Positions 21,057 to 31,381 of a stretch of 34,002 nucleotides of DNA are shown here, piece after piece. How positions within the stretch are numbered: the stretch's first letter is position 1; the number at the start of each line of letters is the position of its first letter. Source of the stretch: Neoconidiobolus thromboides FSU 785. Taxonomy: Eukaryota > Fungi > Entomophthoromycota. A program made the translations under genes and the position numbers. Below the pieces are notes generated by a model. That model did no database searches. It worked only from the letters and a program-made list of their open reading frames with translations, and was not told where the DNA came from. The stretch is from contig MU626464.1 of NCBI GenBank assembly GCA_025603075.1, positions 1 through 34,002 of the forward strand. Direction: 5' to 3'.

Positions 21057-23297
21057 CTAATGATTTTTACTACGACATTTATGACGGGTGGTAGTAGCAG
21101 TAACACTGGTAACTGGGATAAAGGTATATGTGCCAGTTTGTACTGATGAGCCACTGGTAACTGGTACAAGAGTATAAGTGCCACTTGGAACGCTATAACT
21201 TGTATATGTGGATGATTGACTATCAGTCACTGGGTAAGATCCAGTTTGAGTATATGAGTTAGTGGAGGAGTTAATTAAGCTAGAGGATATACTAGATATA
21301 CTAGAAGATGATCGGGTAGAAGTAGTAGAGCTAGATTCAGTTACTGAATAAGTCTCAGTCTCGATAGTGGTATTATAAGTACTTGAAGAAGTAGATTTAG
21401 TACTAGTAGAACAAGAAGTAGACGATGAGTTGATAGGAGTGGTTACTGGATAAGTCGAAGTTTTAGAAGTAATGGAACAAGGGGTGGTAGATGCACCAGT
21501 AGATGATTCAGATTGAGTGGAAGTTACAGTTGATGATTGAGATACAGAGGTAGATGTGGTTGTAGATGTTTCAGATCCAGAGGTAGTAGTAGCAGTCGAA
21601 ATTTCAGATCCGGAAGTAGAGGTTTCTGATTGAGTAGAAGTTATAGTTGAAGTAGTAGAAGTTTCCTCTTCTTTCTTAACAATTTTAATTCTACCATCAG
21701 TGTAAGGAGATACAGGAGTATGCTTTTTAACATAATCACTAACAATGATGTCGGTAGCCTCGAGGGTAGCAAAATCAGTGATAGGTGGAGCAATAAAGTT
21801 ATCTCCACCAGTAGCAATAAAATCTAAAGTTGTACAGGTGTATACTTTTTGCAAATCTAATTTGACATAGGTTGCTGTTTTAGCTTTACGATCCAAAATA
21901 TCAACTGAGACTAAACGAGATTGAGCTGGTGCAGTTGGATCATAAGTAAATTTCATACCACCAATTTGAATAAATGAAGTGACAGGGCGGCTATTTACTT
22001 TATTTACTTTAGATACAATGGCCTCTAACATGTTCCAAATCTGGTCCCCTTTTAATTTTATATCAACAATAGCATTACCGAATGGGAATACAGTTAAAAC
22101 ATCAGATACTTTAATGTCACCTTTAGTGATACCAGCACGAATACCACCAGCATTAATAAAGGATACATCTGAGTTTGGTCTTTTTTCTAAAATAATATCG
22201 GAAACAAAAGAACCAAGAGAGCATTCCTTTGTTTGACAACTAGCTTGATCAAAATCATCTGTTGCTACGCCAAGTACAGTCTTACCAAAAGCATCAAAAG
22301 GTTCTCTCCATTCTTGAGCTTGTTTATTAGCTTCTTCATTTAATGGAACTAAGGAGTTTAATTCAATTGGGAAACCATCGATTTTATTTAAATAACCATC
22401 TTCATTAAACTTAATATCAACATGTCCTAAGAATCGACTCCAACAATAAGCTTGAACAATGTAGGTATCTTTGCCATCTAAATTTTTAACTGAAGTTGGA
22501 TAAATACCAACTGAGTTTGGAGCATTTGTTACGTTATTTAATGGGGAGGCAAGGTAAGAATGAGAATGACCACCAACAATAAGTGATAACCCTTTAGTTT
22601 TTGATGCTAATTCTTGATCTTCTTTATAACCATTATGAGAAACAGCAATTACTCTTTTATAACCCATTTTTTTAACTTCATCAATAGTTTCTTGTAAAGT
22701 AATAATAGGATCAGATACTTTGAGCAATTTACCAAGGTTCGAAATAGAAGGAGCAGTGTAAGTGATATAACCAACAACAGCTAAATTGTATTTTGGGAAT
22801 AATTGATATTTTTTAATTAAGCTTGAAAGTTGAGGATGTTGAGAGGCATCGATATTGGAGGATACTAACGGAAATGTAAAATTTTGAGCTACTCTAGCTA
22901 AATTATCTGGTCCATTATCAAACTCATGGTTACCAATAGTCATAACGTCATATTTTAGATAATTCATAGCTCTTGCTGTAATGTCTCCTTTATAATAAGT
23001 ATAGTACATAGTACCTTGGAACTCATCCCCACCATCTAATAATAAATTATTAGGGTGTTTTTCACGTAATTGATCAATGGCTGTTTTTAATCTTGCTAAA
23101 CCACCATAACACTGTTTGTTTTCAATTTGAGCCTTAGTACAATCCGTTCCATACTTATTACTTTGGTCGTATCTTGAGTGGACATCATTAGTATGTAAAA
23201 TAGTCAAATCGTAATCTGAATCTTCTCTTCTTATTATACTACCCTCAGTGCAAAAGGTTAAGAGCAATAAAACCAAACTACTACTTTGAAATAACAT
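21057..23297 (-). CDS. Secreted 5'-nucleotidase (calcineurin-like metallophosphoesterase plus 5'-NT C-terminal domain) with a Ser/Thr-rich tail (746 aa)
   Basis: Signal-peptide-like N-terminus; LTILHTNDVHSR, LLLDGGDEFQGT, YDVMTIGNHEFDNG, SHNG, GGHSH, INAGGIRAGI motifs; about 200-aa S/T tail. Confidence 0.93.
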   Translation of the reverse strand: MLFQSSSLVLLLLTFCTEGSIIRREDSDYDLTILHTNDVHSRYDQSNKYGTDCTKAQIENKQCYGGLARLKTAIDQLREKHPNNLLLDGGDEFQGTMYYTYYKGDITARAMNYLKYDVMTIGNHEFDNGPDNLARVAQNFTFPLVSSNIDASQHPQLSSLIKKYQLFPKYNLAVVGYITYTAPSISNLGKLLKVSDPIITLQETIDEVKKMGYKRVIAVSHNGYKEDQELASKTKGLSLIVGGHSHSYLASPLNNVTNAPNSVGIYPTSVKNLDGKDTYIVQAYCWSRFLGHVDIKFNEDGYLNKIDGFPIELNSLVPLNEEANKQAQEWREPFDAFGKTVLGVATDDFDQASCQTKECSLGSFVSDIILEKRPNSDVSFINAGGIRAGITKGDIKVSDVLTVFPFGNAIVDIKLKGDQIWNMLEAIVSKVNKVNSRPVTSFIQIGGMKFTYDPTAPAQSRLVSVDILDRKAKTATYVKLDLQKVYTCTTLDFIATGGDNFIAPPITDFATLEATDIIVSDYVKKHTPVSPYTDGRIKIVKKEEETSTTSTITSTQSETSTSGSEISTATTTSGSETSTTTSTSVSQSSTVTSTQSESSTGASTTPCSITSKTSTYPVTTPINSSSTSCSTSTKSTSSSTYNTTIETETYSVTESSSTTSTRSSSSISSISSSLINSSTNSYTQTGSYPVTDSQSSTYTSYSVPSGTYTLVPVTSGSSVQTGTYTFIPVTSVTATTTRHKCRSKNH

Positions 23298-24023
23298 CTA
23301 TCTATTTTAACAATTAATTAAAAATTAACTTTATTTTAATAAAAGTTAAAGCAGTTAACAGTTTTTGTTAACCTATTTATATTAATTTGTACTCAAATTT
23401 CATTATTAGTTTCCAGCCTCGATTTAGAAAGAACATATTAAATTGTGATATTCTTTATTGTTTATTTATAAATTAAATTTTCATTCGAAATCTTTAAACT
23501 AAAAAACCAATCATTTATTATCTGATTACCATATGCGATAAACTACAAAATACAAGTAAAATATTTACTATGGTTCACTTTTAATGTTGTCTTTTATCTC
23601 TTAAGTAATATATAAAGAAATGATAATAAATTAATTTTCTTTTTTATAAACTTAAAGTTACTTATTAAATATTAAAATCCGTGCTATTACCATTCATTAA
23701 AGACTAGTTTATTATTTAACTGGGTTTGCCATTTGTTTATACAATTTAATTAAAAATTATTTTAGATACTCATATAGTCAACCTTAGATTAGGTCTAAAG
23801 TACAAAATACCGATAAGGTTTGGTAACCATTAGTCTATTGAATCCTGGCTACTATTGACAATAAACTATAATGTATGTTCAAGTTAATAGTTCTATCAAC
23901 CCTTTTATTAAAAATTAAAAACTATAATAAAAATGCCCAAAATTAATTCGTCAAAAAATCTTCTTTAGTAATGAATATGAGAACACGTGGTATAATGGTA
24001 AGTAAAAACAAAAAAATTAAATA

Positions 24024-24106
24024 TGATCAGGATGGGATTCGAACCCACGCCTCCGAAGAGACCGCGGCCTTAACACGGCGCCTTAGACCAACTCGGCCAC
24101 CTGATC
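24024..24106 (-). tRNA. tRNA-Leu(AAG), intronless
   Basis: GATCAGGTGGCCGAGTTGGTCTAAGGCGCCGTGTTAAGGCCGCGGTCTCTTCGGAGGCGTGGGTTCGAATCCCATCCTGATCA. Acceptor stem GATCAGG/CCTGATC, anticodon loop TTAAGGC (AAG at 24069-24071), long variable arm, GGTTCGAATCC T-loop. Confidence 0.95.
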
Positions 24107-24309
24107 TTATTTATTAATTAAGTAACAATAATTTAAAGCTTGTTTATAACCTAAGTAAAAAAGTAAATTAGATTATACCAAGTAGATGGAACTTTTAGAT
24201 ACTGCGTAAAATTATTTAACTGAGTCAAAATAAGCTGAGAAAAGTCTAAAGCTTTTTTAAAAGGGATAAAGTGTGATTTTAAATATTCAATACATACAAA
24301 TCAAAAATA

Positions 24310-24756
24310 ATGTTAAAGAAAAGAGAAACAAAAGATATACATGAACAATTAAGACACAGTAGTAATTTAAGAGAAAGGCAAAAAAAGACAAATGACAAAT
24401 TACAAAAGATATTAAAAAAGAGGAATATTAACAACAGTATATTATTAGAGGAAGAGATTGAAGTAAGTTTAAATTTTTAATTTAAAGAGATGAGGTTTAT
24501 TTTTTATACACTCAGGAATTAAATAAATTATGGTTAGAAGAATGTAAAGAGATTGGATTAATTAAAGATATAGATGAGAACTTTGACTTCGGAGAAGATG
24601 AGGAGTTGGATCAAGAAGGTATGATTGCTAAGTTTATTTTTTAAAATGAATCTTAATAAGTAATATTTTATTTTAGAAATGGAAATTAAGTTATTAGAAG
24701 AAGAAGAAGAACCCATTGAAGAAATGCTGTTACGGTTAGGTCAATTAGAGCTGTAA
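24310..24756 (+). CDS. Hypothetical 111-aa protein (basic N-half, acidic C-half), 3 exons: 24310-24462, 24516-24618, 24677-24756
   Basis: Two GT..AG introns (53 and 58 nt) join into a stop-free frame MLKKRETKD...LEEEIEELNKLWLEEC...EEMLLRLGQLEL*; not in the ORF track. Confidence 0.7.
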
Positions 24757-24917
24757 ATTCATCTAGTTTTTATAATAATAATAAAATATATTTATTTTTA
24801 ACATTGTATTTTTTTCGCTTTAAACCAATAAAAATTTCATTTCATTTTTTTTACCAATTAAAACTACATAATCATAGATTTTGATTTCTTTTTTTTAGGT
24901 TTAAGTAATCAAAAGAT

Positions 24918-25787
24918 ATGAAACGAAAAGACCAACAATATAGAAAAGAAAATGAAAAAGGATATAAGAGTAAAGAGGGAGACATTACACTAACACAAGA
25001 AGAAGAGTATAAACAATACCAAAAAAAGCTAAGAGAAGAAAAAAAAAGAGAAAAACAACTTGATGAACAAGCTAAATTATTGGAATTAGAATTGGAAGCT
25101 TTGTTAAACGAAGAAGTAGAAGAATCTGTAAAAGAAGTTGAAAATGTAAAAGAAGAAATTATTATTGAAGAAAAAAAAGAAGTCAAATATAAAAGATATT
25201 CTCAGTTTGCATTACCTGGTATGATTAAAGTTGAAAAAGGTTGGGTTTATCCAGATGAGATTGTAACTGAAAGAAATAAAACTTTTATTATGAACAAAGT
25301 TGATGAGATTCCATTGAAAAAAGAACCTGAACCTGAAGTCAAACAAGAATTAAAAGAAGAAGAAAGAAAGAAAGAAGAAGAAATTACAGAAGAGATAAAA
25401 GTAGAACCAGTAAAAATTAAGGTTAAAGAAAACATTGGTTTAAAGTTACTAAGAAAACAAGGTTGGAAGGAAGGTACTGGCTTAGGTAAAAATAATACTG
25501 GTATTATTGAACCAATAACTAGGTACCTATAATATAATATATATAAGTACAATAATGTATAATATTTATTTTTAGTCAAGAAAAGAAAACATTAAGTTCA
25601 GCTCCAGTTAATGAACGAGAAGAATATGAAATTTTATTGGAAAATGGAAAGATTGAGGTTGATTATGAAAGTTATCGTTTAAAACAAATGGAAAAATATA
25701 AACAACGGTATACAGTAAAGTTTAATTTCTACTATTATAGAACTATATATTTTAATACTAATATTTATTTAGAGTCATCAAGAATAA
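24918..25787 (+). CDS. G-patch domain protein, probably 3 exons (24918-25522, 25576-about 25714, 25773-25787)
   Basis: NIGLKLLRKQGWKEGTGLGKNNTGIIEPI G-patch motif. Intron 25523-25575 (53 nt) restores an open frame; the last intron has a TACTAAT branch-like site but its donor is ambiguous. Confidence 0.8.
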
Positions 25788-25818
25788 TAATTAATTAGAA
25801 TCATTAGTTATTAATTAT

Positions 25819-26994
25819 TTATACTAATACAATAAATACTACTGTAAATATATAAATAATAATAATTAATACGATAAATAAATAACTTAATAAAGAGGTA
25901 TTAAATACGCTCTTATTTAATTTATCTAATAATTTTAAATCCTTGGTCAATGATGTTACATTCTTTTCCAATTTTTGTTCTGCTTCGTTTAATACCTATT
26001 AAAAGTTAAATTTCAATTGGTTTAATATAATAATAGCTAAAAGTTACTTGTTTATCTTTTTTTAATACGTCACCAAAAGCTAATGTATTACTCTTTAATA
26101 TTTGGGTCATATTAACTAAATCTAAAGCTATTTCTTGTTGTATCTTTTCTTGTTGCAATATTAAACCTTGTTTTTCATCATCATTTAATGAGTTATTTGA
26201 TTTGTTTTGATCTGAATTTCTGTTGGTTCTATAAAATATTAAGTTAATTTTATCATTTGTTTGTTTATTTTATTTATAATTTAGATTACCTTGACCTTAA
26301 ATTTCGGATCCAATTTTCTAATATTTAATAATAAAATGATTTTTAGTACTATTACTATTTAAGACTCACCACTTTCTTTTTCTTCTTCTGCTCTTGTCTT
26401 CTTTTTATCTTTTAATAAATTTGAAACTGCTGGATCATTACTAATATTATTTTTGTTTTTGTTTTCTTCATTTACTTCCTTTTCTTTAGTTTGGTTTGTT
26501 TGTTTGTTTTCTTTTTCTTTTTCTTTTTCTTTTTCTTTTTCTTTTTCTTTTTCTTTTTCTTTATCTTCTTTCTCTTCGACTTCCTTTTTCTTCTGCTCCC
26601 TTTCTCTCGACTCCTTCTCTTTAAGCTCCTTCTCTTTCTTTTCGTTTTCAATTTGGTTAAGCTAAAATAATCAACAAAATAACTTCATGATTTAGTACCA
26701 ACTTACTTTATTTGTTACATCTTCTAATAGTTTATTTAATTTAGAATTCATTACTCCACTATAATAAAAAAGTTAGAAATTTAATTCAAATCCGTTCTTT
26801 CGGTTTACTCTTTATTATCATATCGCTTTAACAACAATAACAAGTTCTAAACAAGTGTCAGCATATTATAATAATACTATTTGTATTTTATATCAAATTA
26901 CTATATAAACATTTTTAATTTCTAACTCCCCCTTTTGGTTTTTCACCTGAAGCTCAAGTTGATTAAGAATTTGAAAATTACTAATTGAATTCAT
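25819..26994 (-). CDS. USE1: USE1/SLT1-type ER Qc-SNARE, 7 exons, about 286 aa
   Basis: Exons 26994-26902, 26846-26809, 26758-26707, 26661-26370, 26317-26290, 26228-26048, 25995-25819 join via six 45-61 nt GT..AG introns into one frame. It contains QQEIALDLVNMTQILKSNTLAFGDVLKKDKQVLNEAEQKLEKNVTSL and a C-terminal transmembrane helix. Missed by the ORF track. Confidence 0.82.
26507..26562. repeat. (TTTTCT)9 hexanucleotide microsatellite encoding a KE repeat in USE1 exon 4
   Basis: Nine C residues at an exact 6-nt period, from 26511 to 26559. Confidence 0.9.
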
Positions 26995-28067
26995 TATAAA
27001 AAGAGAAAGTACTTTCTATCGTCATAAAAAATAAGGCAAGCATATATATCAATTTCGTTAGTGAAAAAAGAAAGCAAATAAAGAGTTAGATACTTCCAAT
27101 AAATTATAGGGTAATTACTCTTTATATAAACATGTCATTAAATTAATAGCAATAAATAAATAATTAAAGCGTACATATGGATTTTATTAGGAAAAATGAG
27201 AGTTAAAAGGGAGACTTAGGAAAGAATAAATTAAAAGTTAGTTACTTTTAACAATTTACTAGATGGTACAAAACTCTTTGTATAAAAATGTTGTTGAATT
27301 AATAACATTGAAGAAGTATTATTCAATTTTAATTTTAAGATAGAGTTGTACTTGTTATTAATTATACTACTGTTCTTCTTATTAGTAGATATTGTAACTT
27401 TTGTCTTGTTATTCTCAATACTTTCGTTTAATTTACTTCCATTCTTCTTTTTACAACCATGTTCTTGTATTGTAATACTTAAAGAGATTAGATCTAAATT
27501 ATGCATAATTATTTAGTCAATTGATTGTTATAATTTTATATTAAAAAATAATAAATTATTATTAAAATTAACATATTTATATACTTTTTTTAAGTTTTCA
27601 ATATTAACTGATAATTTCGCGAAATGACTCATGCTTAACTAAAGCTTAGTTACCATCAATCAAACCCAATTTCATGTTTCTTGCAACAGTTAACAAATTT
27701 ATGCTAAAACTTATGTTTGAGGTTTATGATAATGACTATATATATTTTTATTTACCAATCATGAAGTCATTTTAAAGTTAATTGATAGCTTATTGTAACT
27801 GCTAGTTCAATCCCTTAATGGTTTATTACTTTTAATTTTCCCCCTCCTTTTCTCCGTAATATGGAAATTCAATCTTTATAGCTCTATAATGTATTAAATT
27901 TCCATAACTTAAACTGCGCTTATAAACTATAATATTTTTTATTAAATAGGGTTAAATTGATATTAAATTTGAACTAAAAAAAATCATTTATTTTACTTAT
28001 TGAAATTTAATTTTAACATTAATTTTTATTTTAAGACTACATGCTATAGTTTTTTATTTTTATATTT

Positions 28068-28139
28068 TAAGGCTGTACACTATAGTTCTTTTAGCTTTAT
28101 TTTTAAGCTTATTTTAAGGCTTATCCTTGTACAGCCTTA
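28068..28139. repeat. 72-bp element bounded by a perfect 12-bp inverted repeat (possible tiny MITE)
   Basis: TAAGGCTGTACA...TGTACAGCCTTA; readable as TA-AGGCTGTACA...TGTACAGCCT-TA. Interior has degenerate TTTTAAGCTT repeats. Confidence 0.6.
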
Positions 28140-28635
28140 TGAATTAAACATACTGGCTTGAAAGTAAGTGGGTTTAAAGTTTAAATTAGATCTTTGAAAT
28201 AGACACCCAAGTATCAAAGTAATCAATGATTAGTAAAAATAAGTTCAATAATCTAGGTGATTAATATTTAGTAATATGAGCTTTCACACGACTATTTATA
28301 ACTATTCTTTAATAAATTACTCTTTCAAAAATATATAGCTGTTAACGATTGTTTTATGTTTCCTTCTAATTTGATTTAAAAATAGACTAGGCATTTTCAG
28401 TTTATATTTGTTAAACCTATTTACAATAATTTCTTAATTCTTATATTGAGGTGATAAATCAGAAATGCTCAATCTATTTTTAAATCAAATTAGAAGGAAA
28501 CATAAAACATTTGAAGTTAAACAATTGTATCCATATTTTTATAGTTGCTTTTTTTTTTACAAATGAGAGATCACTTCAATAAATTGATACAATTTAAAAA
28601 TTCTTGGATTAACCAAAAAAAATTGATTAACAAAT

Positions 28636-28733
28636 GGGGATGTATTTTTGTGTTTAAGAATTTACTACCAAATTTTCCGCTTAAATAGTGCTCAAAAAAA
28701 TGGAAAAGTAATGAAGCCAGAAAAAACATCCCC
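28636..28733 (+). mobile_element. MITE type A, copy 7 (closest to intact termini)
   Basis: GGGGATGTATTTTTGTGTTTAAGAATTTACTACCAAATTTTCCGCTTAAATAGTGCTC...GAAAAAACATCCCC; flanks AAAT/TAAT. Confidence 0.88.
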
Positions 28734-29021
28734 TAATTATGTTTTTAATTCAACTAAAGCAATAGTATGTTTATTATAAATTTCAAAAGATAAGATCATT
28801 ATAATAATTTGAGAAGAGATAAGCAACATTATTAATGTCCAATATGTAACAAGTTGTACTTAAATTATTAAATTTTATATATAACTTTGTTAAATAATTT
28901 AAAATACAACTCGAATTAAGTAAAAGTCCTATTTACATAGATAAACATAAGTGGGGGGCATCTTTATATCTTGATAAAAATTAAATCCTCAGCTATTAAA
29001 TATAAAATAAATTAAATGTCT

Positions 29022-29115
29022 AGAGGCGTTTTTTGATTTTATTATTTTTTCTATTTTAAGTGCTATTTAAATAAAAGACTATTAATAAAATTCTTAGACA
29101 AAGAAATACATCTCC
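29022..29115 (-). mobile_element. MITE type A, copy 8 (diverged)
   Basis: AGAGGCGTTTTTTGATTTTATT...AAGTGCTATTTAAAT...AAAATTCTTAGACAAAGAAATACATCTCC. Confidence 0.7.
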
Positions 29116-30240
29116 ACATATTAAAGTATTGGAAAGTCTAATATTAGCTTAGGAAATCAAAATATATTGCTTATAAGTATAATGTTTCTATAATTTCATT
29201 ATAAAAAACTTATTCAACTCTTTTTAATAAATTATTTCTTATGTTTACAAGCTTTCATATTTATACTAAATATTAGTTGTTAATACTATTGTGAAATCTG
29301 GTATTCAGTGATTGGAGTCAAAAATAGTTATTGGCTGGTTGACTACACTGTAAGTCAAAAGGTCTTAGTTTATGTAACTAAGATAGACTTGAATTATGAA
29401 AAATAGCACGTAATAGGCTACAGACTATGTAAGACAAATAGAATAGACAATACTAACGTAAAATCTACATAAAATATTATCAGAAAAATTCAGTAGCTTT
29501 ATTAAATGTACGAGATATCAGGGAATAATTCAGTTAAAAAGTCTTTAGCTACTATGTTCTAAAATCTCTTTTATGGTTAAATAAGTATGGATATCAAAAC
29601 GAGAGGATAACATTTTTTGGAATAAAGTTGGAAATTCTTGCAGTAAATCAAACTAAGAGCATGGGATTGATTGTCTCTAAACTCGGGAACACAACGACTT
29701 AAGTGATTATTATGTCATGATCAACCATGGAGTCGATAAAACGATATTTCACATAAAGATAATTAATTATAGTCATGAAACTAACCATTTCTTCTTATGC
29801 AGCTATTTACTAACTTAGTAATATATTAATAATAAAACCATGATATTGATATATATGCTATATTAGTAAAAACCTTGCTAACCTAGGAATTTTCATTAAA
29901 TTTAGTAAAAATTCTGCTAATTTATAATATAAATTATAATAAATAGTCTAAAAATCTGCTAAGTACTTTTGCTTTTAATAGCGAAGTTATTTTTATAAAG
30001 TTTCAAGTCAAGTTTTTGTAACAAAATATTTAAATAAATTCTATTAAACATTAAAATTTAAAATGAACTTAATATTAAGATTTTTATATATACTTTATTT
30101 TAAAATATTATATTTAGAAAAGATTTTTTTTATCGCACTATTGTATTTTGGCCACTAAACATAAACTCTAGGATATAAAAATAAAGTTTTTATAATTAAA
30201 AAGTTAAAATTTTTATAATAAATTTAAATAATTAATATAT

Positions 30241-30338
30241 GGGAGTGTTTTTTTTGACTTCATTATTTTCTCCATTTTTAAGCACTATTTAAACGGAAAA
30301 TTTGGTAGTAAAATTCTTAAACACAAAAATACATCCCT
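30241..30338 (-). mobile_element. MITE type A, copy 9
   Basis: ATAT-GGGAGTGTTTTTTTTGACTTCATT...AAGCACTATTTAAACGGAAAATTTGGTAGTAAAATTCTTAAACACAAAAATACATCCCT-ATAT. Confidence 0.88.
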
Positions 30339-30409
30339 ATATTATAAATTAATGTTTAAAATAAAGTCATAAAAAATGAATAAATTTTAGTTATCTGTAA
30401 TTTATATAT

Positions 30410-30494
30410 AGGGATATATTTTTAAATTTTACTGATAGCCTTTCCACTCAAATAGTGCTCAAAAATCGAAAAAGTGAAACTAAAAAATACTCCT
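30410..30494 (+). mobile_element. MITE type A, copy 10 (internal deletions)
   Basis: ATAT-AGGGATATATTTTT...TTTCCACTCAAATAGTGCTCAAAAATCGAAAAAG...AAAAAATACTCCT-ATAC. Confidence 0.78.
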
Positions 30495-31381
30495 ATACAT
30501 TTTGCAACTTCAAATTAAAATTATAAACTAAATTTTTGATTTGGACTTATCAAGGTTTTAAATTTGGCCCATACACTTTCTAAAAACGTTGGCAAATACT
30601 GAATTTAAAACAGATTTGTCTATTAGAAGCAAATATTATAACAAAATAGAAGAAATACTATTTGTATAAGCACCTTATGAAGTTTTAAGTATAAAAAAAT
30701 AAAAAAACAGTCAAGTACTATTACTTTACAAAATCTAAATAAGTAACATTTTTAATTTGTTATTTTTTTGTCTTAAATTTCTTTTAAATTTCTTTATCAA
30801 TAAAGTAATCGATTATCACTTGATTTTATGATGATACTTCAGCTGAATTTATAACTAAACTACCCTTTAAATAAATGAATATAATGAGTGGTCATATTTT
30901 GTGTTTTAAACATAATTTAAATTCATGTTGTTTTTTGCAATAATAAATAACTATAGTAAAATTGATTTTAAATATCAAATTTTAGTTTTATTAAACAAAT
31001 AAACTTCCCAACAATGATAAGCTATTATTGCCTTTACAAGTATCTAAGCTGTAATTTATTATAAAATGTAAGAAAAATAATTTCATAAAATACAATAATC
31101 AAGACAAAAGATACATCACATTACATTAGTATAATTTTTTTCATAGAACAATGATATAAAAAAAGCGGGTTGTTAGAAAACTAACAATATAATTAGACTA
31201 CTAATTCTAAGTAGATAATACGCTATAATAATACAGATAAAATCACATGTAAATATAAATCCTAGTCACTACTATTGCTGTTTAACTTGCATCATCATAA
31301 TAGCGAATTTGAGTTAATAGGAGCACTATATAAAAGACTTTATTTATAACAACAAAAATAATTAAAAGTAAAACAAATAAA

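Noticed and set aside
27231-27506. 91-aa Asn/Lys-rich ORF upstream of USE1
   Set aside because: No recognisable motif and no in-frame splice path to USE1 found; cannot be excluded as a small gene.
29240-29760. Slightly GC-richer patch, possibly a TE relic (ITFFGIKL)
   Set aside because: Single weak motif only.
1116-30494. CRISPR-like or satellite reading of the ~98-bp repeats
   Set aside because: Copies are dispersed, in both orientations, with TIRs and TSDs, in a eukaryotic context.
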